Origin: an uncultured bacterium | Lineage (GTDB): Bacteria; CSSED10-310; CAZUFC01 | NCBI GenBank assembly: GCA_964619725.1 | Contig: CAZUFC010000053.1 | Location: 1-54,364 of the forward strand | Reading direction: 5' to 3' | Length of the DNA: 54,364 bases | Part shown: positions 1 to 10,900 of the stretch, piece by piece | Layout of the letters: every line of letters begins with the position of its first letter | Position numbering within the stretch: the stretch's first letter is position 1 | The notes under the pieces: generated by a model | Databases searched by the model: none | What the model saw: the letters and a program-made list of their open reading frames with translations, nothing else | Told to the model about the DNA's origin: nothing | Program-made: the position numbers and the translations under genes

Positions 1-14
1 TTTTTAATTTTTTT

Positions 15-380
15 TCAATCATAATGGATTAAAAAATACTTTGACGTAGCCCTGCGATATTCGTATTTTGTCGCTTCATTAAGACCCGTCGCCTCAAGGA
101 CCACAGTATTATATTTTTCGGTTTCTACATTCTTCCTTTCCTGTATTATCCATACCTTGCTTCCGAATTCCCGAGTTTCAAGCGTCGCTGAAGCATAACC
201 GTCAGTTTTAAGCCAGACCTTGAACCCGTTCGGAGATGGATACCCTATCCGAGGTCCGTGTGTGAGTGAAATTTCATTTTCGATTGCTGTATTTTTTTTA
301 TTTAGGAATCTTTCATTTTTTTCATCAGCGTATAATAAAATCGAATGAAAAATCAGGAATAAAACTATGATATGTTTCAT
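15..380 (-). pseudogene. Truncated PhoD/purple-acid-phosphatase-like protein (signal peptide and N-terminal FN3-like domain only)
   Basis: Signal-peptide-like start MKHIIVLFLIFHSILLYA (ATG 380, AAGGAG upstream). HGPRIG..FKVWLKT...GL...TKYEYR resembles PhoD N-terminal domains. The ORF stops right after YEYR in AT-rich sequence, with no catalytic domain. Confidence 0.5.
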
Positions 381-456
381 CTCCAAAACTCCTTACCGCC
401 TTCTAGACATCTTCAAAGCATTTTCATTTGAATTTCCCGACCTCCCATGAAAAATT

Positions 457-485
457 AAGCTAAAGGAGACAATGCAAAAAGTCAA
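457..485 (-). promoter_or_regulatory. Putative sigma70 promoter of the PhoD-like gene
   Basis: TTGACT-N17-TAGCTT on the minus strand. Confidence 0.4.
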
Positions 486-494
486 GTTTAACTT

Positions 495-570
495 GTTTTT
501 GGATCAAAAACCGCAGTGACTGTCCAGCATTAAATTTTGAATCGACAATCGAGTTTATGGACAGGCACTA
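495..570 (-). repeat. Repeat family B/C, short hairpin module C
   Basis: Reverse complement of 11890-11960 (AGTGCCTGTCCATAAAC...CGATTCAAAATTTAATGCTGGACAG.CACT...GGTTTTTGATCCA). Confidence 0.8.
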
Positions 571-577
571 GTAAGGG

Positions 578-1907
578 TTAAAAGGTCGCTCCTGTAAAAC
601 GGCTTAACATCTCCTTTTTTTTCAGTTTATCGGCGGCCCGTTCTTCTTCTTCTTTTATCTGGAGATCATGGAGGTATTTTTCTTCTGATATGCCGGGTTT
701 TGAAATAACTGAGCTTCCCGTGGATTTTGTTTCATGCCTGAGGGTTGCAGGGTCGTTCATGATGACGATATAGTCGCAGAATCCCTGGCCGTCGCCGTTT
801 CCGGTTTCAATGATTCTAAAGGAGTCAACCGTTTTATCGACGACCGCCAGGCCGTTGCAGTCCTGTCCGGGGGTGACGATGACGACGTAATCGGCTTTAC
901 CGGGAAGTACTCCCGTAAGTTCAGGTTTCAATTCGACTATCGCAGCTCCGTTCGTCAATTCTGCAGTTCCGAAATCGATCAGATCAAGATTGTTAAGGGA
1001 GGAGACGTTGCCCAGGGTGATGGTTTCCTTACCCATTTTTTTGTGAGTATAAAAATTGGTGGCGTGCACATATCCTTGAGCCCAGATAGCTCCCGCTGCA
1101 TCGTCTGGATTGTAGAATTCAGCGGAATAGTAGCCGGAGTCGCCGTTGCTGCCCCATATGCCGCAATATGTATTGCCTAAACCCATTATGCCGCGCCAGG
1201 AATAGGATGAACCGTAGACGCCTGTGGCATAGGTTGCGCTGCCCCGGATGCCGACAGCGTACAAGCTTATCCCATACAATCCGTAATTATCCCTTGAATA
1301 ACCTCTTACGCCGTACCCGTTCTGAGCTTCCACGTAAACGCCGCTGGCGGTGTCATAGGCGTATCCGGTGAGCAGGCCGTAAATCTGGGAATTTCTTGAG
1401 GAGACGGCGCTGTAGGCCGTCCCGTTACTGTTGTCTATATGAATTCCGTAATTTCTGAGCTCCTGACAATGTGCCTGAAAAGAATTGTGAATTTTTTTGA
1501 TGAAAACGGATCACGGTTCAAATCATATCAATATTGCTTGTCGTGAAATCCAAAAATATTTCACAATAATTTTGCCGATTTAGTGAGAGTAAAAATCTAT
1601 TAAAATCAATTGGTTGACTAGGGTATGTCAAGAGTTCTGAATTTGAAGCGCACGACAAACTGAATCCGCATGTCATGCCGGGTCCTGAAGGTCCGCGTGA
1701 TCCCGTCGGCCCGGATGGCCCCCTTGATCCCGTGGGTCCCATCGGACCTGACGGCCCGATTAGGCCTCGATGGCCGCTCGGACCAACGGGTCCCTGCGGG
1801 CCCTGCGTTCCCGAGGGACCTGTCGGACCGCTCGGCCCCTCAGGTCCGACAATGCCTTGAGGTCCGCTCGGTCCCGTCGGACCAGTTAAACCTTGAGGAC
1901 CGGTCGG
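578..1907 (-). pseudogene. Collagen-like (Gly-X-Y) surface/fibre protein, 5'-truncated and split by an insertion
   Basis: 1678-1907 reads ~25 GXY triplets ([12 protein letters not shown]...GSRGPSGPG) and is preceded by TGA with no start codon. The frame of ORF 578-1333 stays open upstream through 1456 (RNYGIHIDNSNG...GxYG repeats, C-terminal DFGTAELTNG..YVVIVTP..DCNGL domain). Deleting 1457-1637 fuses the two halves in frame. Confidence 0.7.
1457..1637. mobile_element. 181-bp AT-rich MITE-like insertion
   Basis: Imperfect terminal inverted repeats GAGCTCCTGACA / TGTCAAGAGTTC (10/12), AT-rich interior inside GC-rich coding sequence; excision restores the frame at codon boundaries. Confidence 0.6.
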
Positions 1908-1919
1908 TCACCGACAGAG

Positions 1920-1948
1920 AAGCCCCGGCGTATAAGCCAGGGCTTTTT
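1920..1948 (-). terminator. Hairpin after the giant beta-helix gene
   Basis: AAGCCCUGGC-UUAUAC-GCCGGGGCUU 10-bp stem on the minus strand, 30 nt after the stop; U-tract weak on this strand. Confidence 0.6.
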
Positions 1949-1977
1949 GAATTAATTTCAGTGCAGGTACAACCTTT

Positions 1978-4900
1978 TTACTCCTTAAACCTGAAACCGG
2001 CGCCGGTGATAAGCAGGCTCAGCAGGAGAACCAGGGCCAGGGATAGGGATGTCCTGGAGGCCGGGATAGCAGCGGGTGTTGGGTCGGCGCAGTTTCCCAC
2101 GTTCAGGGTTAAGTCGTAGTAGCCGCATTCTTCGACGGAATCTATGACGGCGTAGTAGTATCCGGGGGGCATTTGGGTCATGGCGATGGTTTCTCCCAGT
2201 CCTGGGCCGTTGTCGTCAGCGTAATCAATGCAATCAGCGGGATCGGGACTGGTTGAGATCAGGAGTATGGGATCGTATTGGGCTGGAGTGACGTTGCTGA
2301 TGGAGATTGTGAAGTCGCAGACCTGTTGAAGGATGAACATGGCGGAAACGTCGTCGCCTTCCAATCCTGTTATGCCGCATCCGTAATCTGTGAAATCATT
2401 GCTTTCTCCGCAGTTAGTCTGGGGGATGGGAGTGCCGGTGGTTATCGGGGTTAATGTCGAGGTGGGTTCTGGAGAATGAATTCCCGTGGGCGTAGTAGTG
2501 GGCGGTGTCGGTTCTGTGGGCGTCGGCGAAAATGTGGGTTGAGTCGGTGAGGGGGAAGGCGAGCCCTGGGTGGGCGTGATTGTTGGAGTCAACGTTGGGA
2601 TGGGACTTTGCGGAATATTGTAATGATAGCCCATGTCGACCAGGCCGCTGTCCGGCACATGGTCCGTTCTGGTGTATGAATCATCCATGCACAGCATGTC
2701 GGGTCCTTCATAGAAGCATACGTTTTCGGCCGAATCGGCCCCGGCGTTGACGCAGGGACTGTCGGCGCCCTGTCCCGCAGCTATCTGACACAGGTAGAAG
2801 TTCCCCAGGGGACCCGGATAAAATAAGGGATTGGCGGATATGTTGCCTTCACCGGTGTAGCCGTTTTGAATGTTGCAATAGGTTATGAGCGGATAGCATG
2901 AGTCGTAGGCATAAATTTCATTAGAAACGTCATTCCACATTATGCAGTTGACTATAGACGGTGATGAATCGTTCAGATATACGGCGCCGCCGTTTGAGTC
3001 AGCCGTATTGGATGTAAAGGTGCAGTTGAGTATCGGGCAATCGCATGACATCAGGTATATGCCTCCGCCGTAGCGTGTGGCATGATTGCCTGAGAAGACG
3101 CAGTTCAAGATTTTAACGGGGGTGAATTCGACAAAAAGGCCGGCTCCGTCCCGGGAGGTTCTGGTTACGGCATTATCCATTACGAAACAATCCATGAGGT
3201 TTAATTTTACATATTCGGAATAGAGGCCGGCGCCGTGGTCGTAGGCGGAGTTTTCAGCTATCGTGCAGTGTGTTATCGATGGCGAACCCAGGTAGAGATA
3301 GGCGCCGCCGCCCGGATACTCCGACGTGTTTCTGGATATGGCCGTGCTGCTTATAAGAGGCGAGGAATATTCCGAATATATCCCTCCTCCGTAACCGTTG
3401 GAATGAGCGCTGTTTTCCGTGACGGTGCAATGAGTTATGTTTATGTGAGAATCAAAGCAGTAAACGCCGCCGCCTTTTCTATATTGGCCTGCGGTGTTGT
3501 TTTTGATCAGACAATCCTTGATGGTCGGAGAACTGGATGTGCAATAGATGCCTCCTCCGTCCTCACCCGCCTTATAACCGTTGATGATTGAGAATCCATT
3601 AACGACTGAATCGAGATCTTCACCGTTATGGAAATAGAATCCTCGCGCTGATAATTCGCAATCTATGATGCAGTCGTCTGGGCCGTTTTCAGATTTGACT
3701 ATTATGCGTTTCCCAAGAAAATCCAGGTCCCTGTTGCCGGGGCCCTGCCAGGTTCCGTCAGCGACCAGAACCATATCTCCATCGCTTGCCGCATCAATGG
3801 CCGCCTGAATTGTGGCGTATTGAGACGGAACATGCAGAACGGTTATGGGAGTCGGCGACAGCGGGACAATGGTCGGCGCCGGCGTCGGACTGGGCGTAGG
3901 GGAGGGAGAAACGGCCAGATAGTGATAGCCCATGTCCACCGTATCGGCATCCGTTTCATGGTCGCTTCTCGTCGTCTGGTCGCCCAGGCATCTTGAAGTT
4001 CCGTCGCCCAATGAATAGCAGATGCTTTCAGCGTATGCGCCGCCGGTATCGGCGCACGGACTGTCGGAGGATTGACCGGCTGCAGTCTGGCTGAGGTAAT
4101 ACTCACCGTAAAAACCCGGATAAAACAGCGGATTCGCTTCAATATTGCCGTATCCCGAATAACCGCTTTGAATGTCGCTGAAAGATACCCGCGCTTCTCT
4201 GGCGCCGTCGTCGGATATTTCGTCGGGAACGTTTCCCCACATTATGCAATTAGTGACGACAGGAGAAGACTGTTCGCAATGGAGCGCCCCGCCTGATCGA
4301 GAAGCCGTATTCTGCGTGAAAGTGCAGTTTACTATGTCAGCATCTACATAGCTGCAGTAAACGGCTGCGCCTTCATCGCTGCCGCCGGCGTAATTATCGT
4401 GAAACAGGCAATTGATGATGTCGGGTTCAGTAAAGTAACAGTAAATTCCTCCTCCGCCTCGATCATTGGATGTATTAAAACTCAAGGTCGTATTGACTAA
4501 ACTCAATGAAGCGACATTGCAGTAGATGCCTGCGCCTTCATCCTCACTGCGGTTTCGAGTAATGACGGAATCAATGACTTGCGGAGATTCGCTGTAGAAG
4601 TATAAACCTGCTCCGTTTTCTGCAGTGTTTTGAAGGATGGTGCAATTTCTGATGACAGGTGAGGCATATTCGGAGCACAGACCGCCTCCTTTGCCGTTGG
4701 TAACTTCATTTCTGCTGATGGTGCAGTTTTCAAAAAGAGAAGAGGATTCCGTGCAGTAGATTCCCGCGCCTTTCTGATAATCAGAAACGGAATTGCCTGT
4801 AACAGTGCAATGGATAAATGTGGGAGAAGAGCCGGAGCAGTATATGCCGCCGCCTTCGGCATTGACGTTGCCTCTTTGCACCCTGAAACCTCGAACGACC

Positions 4901-7900
4901 GAGGTTTTGTTTTCTCCGGAATGAAAATTGAAGCCTCGCCCGCTGTCTTCGCAGTCAATAACGCAGTGTTCGGCGCCGTTTTCCGAAGCGAGGATGATGT
5001 TTTTACCGTTAAAATCCAGGTCCTTGTTGCCGGTTCCGGTATAGGTTCCATCTGCAACAAGCACCATGCCGCCTGGATAAGCGGCATCGATGGCATCCTG
5101 GATTGTAGCGTAATCGTCCGGGACATAAATGACGGAAAGGGGCGTGGACGTGGGAGGCGGCAGGGTGGCGGTCGGCGTGGGAGATGGCGTGAAAGTCGGA
5201 TCGCCGCTGAAGTAGTGGAAGCCCATATCCGCAATTCCCGAATCGAAAACGGCATCGCTTCTTGTCGTCAATTCGCTGAGACAGTCTCTCCGACCCACTG
5301 TCGTTTTGAAACAAACGGCATCGGCCTGATCGTTTCCGGCATCCACGCAGGGACTGTCTCCGGGTTGACCGGCAGCATTTTGACTCAGATAAAAATCACC
5401 ATATATTCCGTCATAGAACAGCGGATTGGAATCGATGTTGCCTGGTCCCGAATAGCCGTTTTCAACGTCGGAATATATCACGTTCGGCTCTAGCGAATTG
5501 TCGTCGGAAATTTCATTGGGCGTATTTCCCCACATTATGCAATTGATGATCCAGGGAGATGACCGCTCGCAATAAAGCGCTCCTCCCACCCTGGAAGCCC
5601 CATTGTCGTAGAAGGTGCAGTTCATGATCACCGGGTCGGCATGACTGCAGAAAATCGCAGCTCCCTCGTCGTTGCCCCCGGCATAATTATCATGGAAGAT
5701 GCAGTTTGTTATGTTTATGGGATTGAAATAACAGAACATGCCGGCGCCGCCTCTGTCCTGACTGATATTGGACGATATGACGCTGTTCGTCAGGTTCAGC
5801 GAAGCGACGAAGGAATAAATGCCGGCGCCGTTGTAACGGGTTGTGTTTTCGGTGATCGTGCATCCTGAAACCGTCGGAGAATGATTGTAAAAGTTTAAGC
5901 CGCCTCCGTAATCGCAATAGTTGTTTCTGATGGTGCAGTCTACGATCGACACCGAGGAATACCCCGTGTATATTCCCCCGCCGAATCCATATTGAGCGGA
6001 ATTGTCCGATATAAGGCAATTTTTGATCAAGGCTTCGGAGTTGCTGCAGTATATGCCGGCTCCGTAACGGTAGTCGCTGACCCTGTTGCCTTTGATCCGG
6101 CAATCGAGGATAGCGGGAGAGGAGTATTCACAGCAAATGCCGGCGCCCGATCCGTTGTTTAAATAACCTCTTTGAATAGTGAAACCTTTAACGACGGCAT
6201 TGTTGGTTTCACCGTTATGAAAATGAATTCCCCGGCCGCTGTCCTCGCAATCTATAATGCAATGTTCGTATCCGTTTTCTGAGGCGAGAATGATCTCTTT
6301 TCCTGTGAAATCGAGATTCTTGTTTCCTGCGCCGACGTAGGTTCCGTCAGCGACGAGGACCATATCGCCGAAATAAGCCGCGTCAATGGCTGCCTGTATG
6401 GTGTCGTAGTCTGCAGGAACATGGATGACCCGGGAGGGAGTCGAAGTCGGCGGGGCTTCAGTATAGGTGGGTTCAGGCGTCGGCGTTTCCGTTGGATCGT
6501 CCGTGGCGTAGTGGAAACCCATATCCGCTATGCCTGAGTCGGGAACAGAATCGGTCCTGGTGGTCGATTCATCCAGACAGACCAGTTGGTCACTGCCGTT
6601 GAAATAACATATATCTCCGGCAAGCTCCGCACCCGCGTCGACGCATGCGCTGTCGACCGTCTGACCCGCAGCGGTCTGGCTTAAATAGTGAGGTCCGTAA
6701 GTACCGGAAGCGAAGGAGGGATTCTCGTTTATATTGCCCGAACCGCTGTAACCGCCCTGGATGTCGGAATACATCACTATGGGCTCCAAAGCCGCATCGG
6801 TCGTCAATTCATCAGGATAATTTCCCCACAGAACAGAATTAAGTATGAGCGGAGATGACAGGTCGCAGTAAATCGCGCCTCCGGTCCTGGCTGCAGTATT
6901 TATCGTGAAGGTGCAATTCACTATGACGGCATCGGAATAATCGCAGTAAATGCCGGCTCCTTCATCGTTGCCGCTGACGTAATTGTCCGTAAAAATGCAG
7001 TTGATGACCTCTGCTGGGGTGAAAAAACTGTATAAACCGCCGCCGCCTCTATCCTGACAATAATTTCCGGAAATATCTGAATCGACGATCAGCAGAGATG
7101 ATGCGTCAGAATAAACGCCCGCTCCCTCCTGGCGGGAGGTGTTCCCGGTAACCGTGCAGTTTTCCACCACCGGAGAATAGCTGTAAAAATACATGCCGGC
7201 CCCGTAATCGCAATAGTTCAGGTTTAAAATGCAGTCGATGATCCTGGGTGAGGAATATTCCGTGTAAATACCGGCGCCCTTGCCGTATGTCGCCGTATTT
7301 CGAGTAACGGTGCAGTTCTTCACCACGGCATCAGACTCATAACAGTATATTCCGCCTCCGTTTCGATAATCATTGACGCTGTTGCCTCGTAAGACGCAAT
7401 TCATGATCGTGGGCGAAGAATTATCGCAATGAATGCCTCCTCCGTCCTGATTGGCGTTATATCCTCGCTGAATGCAGAAACCGTTTACGACGGCATTGGC
7501 CGATTCGCCCATATGGAAATAGAAGCCCCTGCCGCTGTTTTCGCAATCAATGACGCATTTTTCAGGTCCGCTTTCCGAAGTGAGAAAAATGTCTTTTCCG
7601 TTGAAATCCAGGTTCTTGTTGCCTGTGCCCGTATAAGTGCCTTCAGATACGATTATCATATCCCAGTTATAAGCAGCATCAATGGCCGCTTGAATAGTCG
7701 CATAATCATCAGGAACATGAATGACGTTCACTGGAGTGGAAGTGGGAGAGGTTTGAGTGGGAGTAAACGTAGGCGTCGGGGTGGCGGTGGGCGAACCGGG
7801 AAGGGAGTAGTGGAAACCCATGTCGACGGTTCCTGCATCAGCGCCGTTGTCGGAGCGAGTGGTCAACTGATCCAGGCATACGAATCCGGACTGCGAGTCG

Positions 7901-10900
7901 TAGCAGACCGACGAAGCATCGGCTGAACCCGCATTAAGACAGGGGCTGTCCTGACTCTGGCCGGCGGCAGTCTGACTCAGGTAATAATCACCAAAGAATC
8001 CCGAACAGAAAAGAGGAGCAGAGTCGATATTGCCTGTTCCTGAATACCCGCCTTGAACGTCGCAATAAGAAATTTCCGGAGCATAATCGCCGGTAACATG
8101 AATTTCGTTCGGATAGTCGTTCCAGAATATGCAATTAGTGACGATGGGGGCTGCATTGTCTGAATAGAGGGCGCCGCCCTGGCCCGAAGCGGTGTTTTCG
8201 ATAAAGGTAGTATTCCTGATGATAGAATCGGAATAATCGCAGTATATGCCGGCTCCGTCATCGCTGCTTGCCGTGTAATTATCCGTGAAGAGGCAGTTGA
8301 CGATTTCTATCGGCGTAAAGTAACAGTAAATTCCGCCGCCGCCCCTGTCCTGACATAAATTTTCAGTTATTTTACAGTCCGTCATGGCTAAATCTGTCGC
8401 ATCGCAATATATGCCGGCTCCTTCCCGCCGTGAAGTGTTGTTTATGACAGTCGAAGCATGAATTGTCGGCGAATGTCCGTAGAAATTTATTCCTCCGCCG
8501 TAATCAGCGTAATTAACCGATATGGTGCATTCGATGAAGAGCGGGGAAGAGTAGGCGGTATAAACGCCGCCGCCCTGGCCGTAATTGGCGGTGTTTCTGG
8601 TTATGGTGCAGTTGATGAATGAGGCGTCAGCGTATTCGCAATAGATACCGCCGCCGTGACGATAATCGCTGACCCTGCTGCTGTCGAAAATACACTCTTT
8701 GAAAGTGGGAGAAGAATTTACGCAGTATAAGCCGCCGCCGTCCTGGTTCGCCAGGTATCCTCTTTGAACGGTGAATCCCCGAACCACTGCCGATGAGGTC
8801 TCTCCGGAATGAAAATGGAAGCCGCGTCCGCTGTCTTCACAATCTATAATGCAGTATTCAGGTCCGTTTACCGAAGCCAGTAAAATGTTCTTGCCGCTGA
8901 AATCAAGATTCTTGTTGCCGGCGCCGAAATAAGTTCCGTCTGCGACCAGCACCTGATCGCCGCTGTATGCTGCATCAATAGCCGCCTGTATGTTCGTGTA
9001 ATCAGCGGGTACGTGAATAACCGTCGCCGGAGTCGGGGATGCCGGCAAGTCGGTCGGAGTGACCGTCGGCGTCGGCGTCGGGGTGGCTTGAGCCTCCGCC
9101 TTGAAATGATAACCCATATCAGCCTGTCCCGAATCAGTCACGCTGTCGGTTCTAGTGGTCAAATCATCCAGGCAGACCGTGCCGCCTTCCTCCGATGCGA
9201 AACACAATTCTGAAGCCAGGGCGCTTCCCGCATCAATGCAGGGACTGTCCGCCGCCTGGCCCGCCGCTGCGTGCGACAGGTAGTCATCACCGTAAAATCC
9301 GTCTACGAAGAGAGGATCAGCATTAATGTTTCCCGTTCCTGCGTAACCTCCTTCAACATCTGAATATGTTACTACAGGGTAGCAGTATCCGTAGGTTTGA
9401 ATCTCGTTCGGGCTGTTGTTCCACAAAATGCTGCCGGTTATCGCCGGGGAAGAATCATCGCAATATACAGCTCCGCCCTGTGATGCCGTTCCGTCGACAA
9501 TCGTTACGTTTCGTAGAGCGGGTGAGGATAAAAGACAATAAATGCCGCCGCCGGGATCGTTTCCTCCCGCATAATTGCCGGAAAAGATACAGTTGACTGC
9601 TTCGCACTCGGAATATGTGATGTAAACGCCTCCGCCCCCGTTATTTTCGGAATAATTATCCATGACGGCTGTGCCGGTCATCGAAAATTCAGATGCCTCC
9701 GAATATATGCCGCCGCCCTGAAGGCGGGCATTGTTTTCCGTTATATCGCAATTGACCAGCACAGGAGAGTAGCTCACGAAATAGGTTCCGGCTCCGTTAT
9801 CCGCAGAGTTACGGGTTATGGTGCAATTGATTATTTCCGGCGAGGAGTAGGAACAATAAATGCCGCCGCCTTTTCCTCTGTACGACGTATTCCTGGTAAC
9901 GGTGCAGTTGGCGAATGATGCTTCGGAGAGATTACAGTATATTCCTGCTCCGTCCCGGTAATCCGATGTTCTGTTGCTGTCGATTATACAATTGCGGAAA
10001 GAAGGCGACGAACCGTCGATATAAATGCCGCAACCATTCTGATTGACGGCTAAGCCTCGCTGTATTTTGAATCCTTCCACGATTGCATTTCGATCTTCTC
10101 CTGAATGAAAATAGAATCCGCGCCCGCTATCCTCGCAGTCAATAACCGTAACCTCAGGACCGTTCAATGATTGAAGCCGTACGGATTTTCCCGTAAAATC
10201 CAGATTCTTGTTCCCGGACCCATAATAGGTCCCGTCGCTGACGAAAATGGTATCTCCATCAAAAGCTGCATTGAGTGCATCCTGTATCGTTGTATAATCG
10301 GCCGGAACGTTTATCGTCGAGCCGGGTATCAGGGTCGGCAGGGGCGTGGGCGTAGGGGGCGACGCCGGAGGAAACAGATGAGAACCCATATCCGCCTGTC
10401 CTGAATCTGCAGCATGGTCGGTCCCGGTCGTTAAATCGCTCAAACAAACCGTTCCGTTGACGGTCGTGAAACAGATGCTCGCTGCCGTTCCGCTGCCCGC
10501 ATCCAGACACGGACTGTCGGATGACTGTCCTGCAGCCGTTTGACTGATATAATACGAACTCAACATCCCGCGTACAAATAATGGATCAACATTTATATTT
10601 CCCGTTCCCGCGTAACCGCCCTCCACATCGGAATAAGTCACGCTGATGGTAGCTGTTCCGTCAAGATATATCTGGTCCGGCACGTTACCCCAAATTATGG
10701 AATCCATTACCGTCGGAGAACAATCGACGCAGTATATCCCGCCTCCGTCCTCACTTGTTCGCGTCGTGTTCCTTACGAAAGTGCAATTTTTTATATCCGG
10801 CGACATGTCAGCCGCATACAGGCCGGCGCCCTCGTTGCGACATGAATTTTCGGCTATCGTGCAATTGTATAATGATATCACGGAACCGGTGCAGTAGACC

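Noticed and set aside
1675-1860. Plus-strand Gly/Pro-rich ORF (61 aa)
   Set aside because: Antisense shadow of the minus-strand collagen tract; the minus frame has a cleaner GXY pattern and connects to the downstream domain.
1908-1910. TGA as selenocysteine or read-through before the collagen tract
   Set aside because: Upstream sequence is a terminator-like hairpin and AT-rich spacer, not coding-like, and no SECIS is evident.
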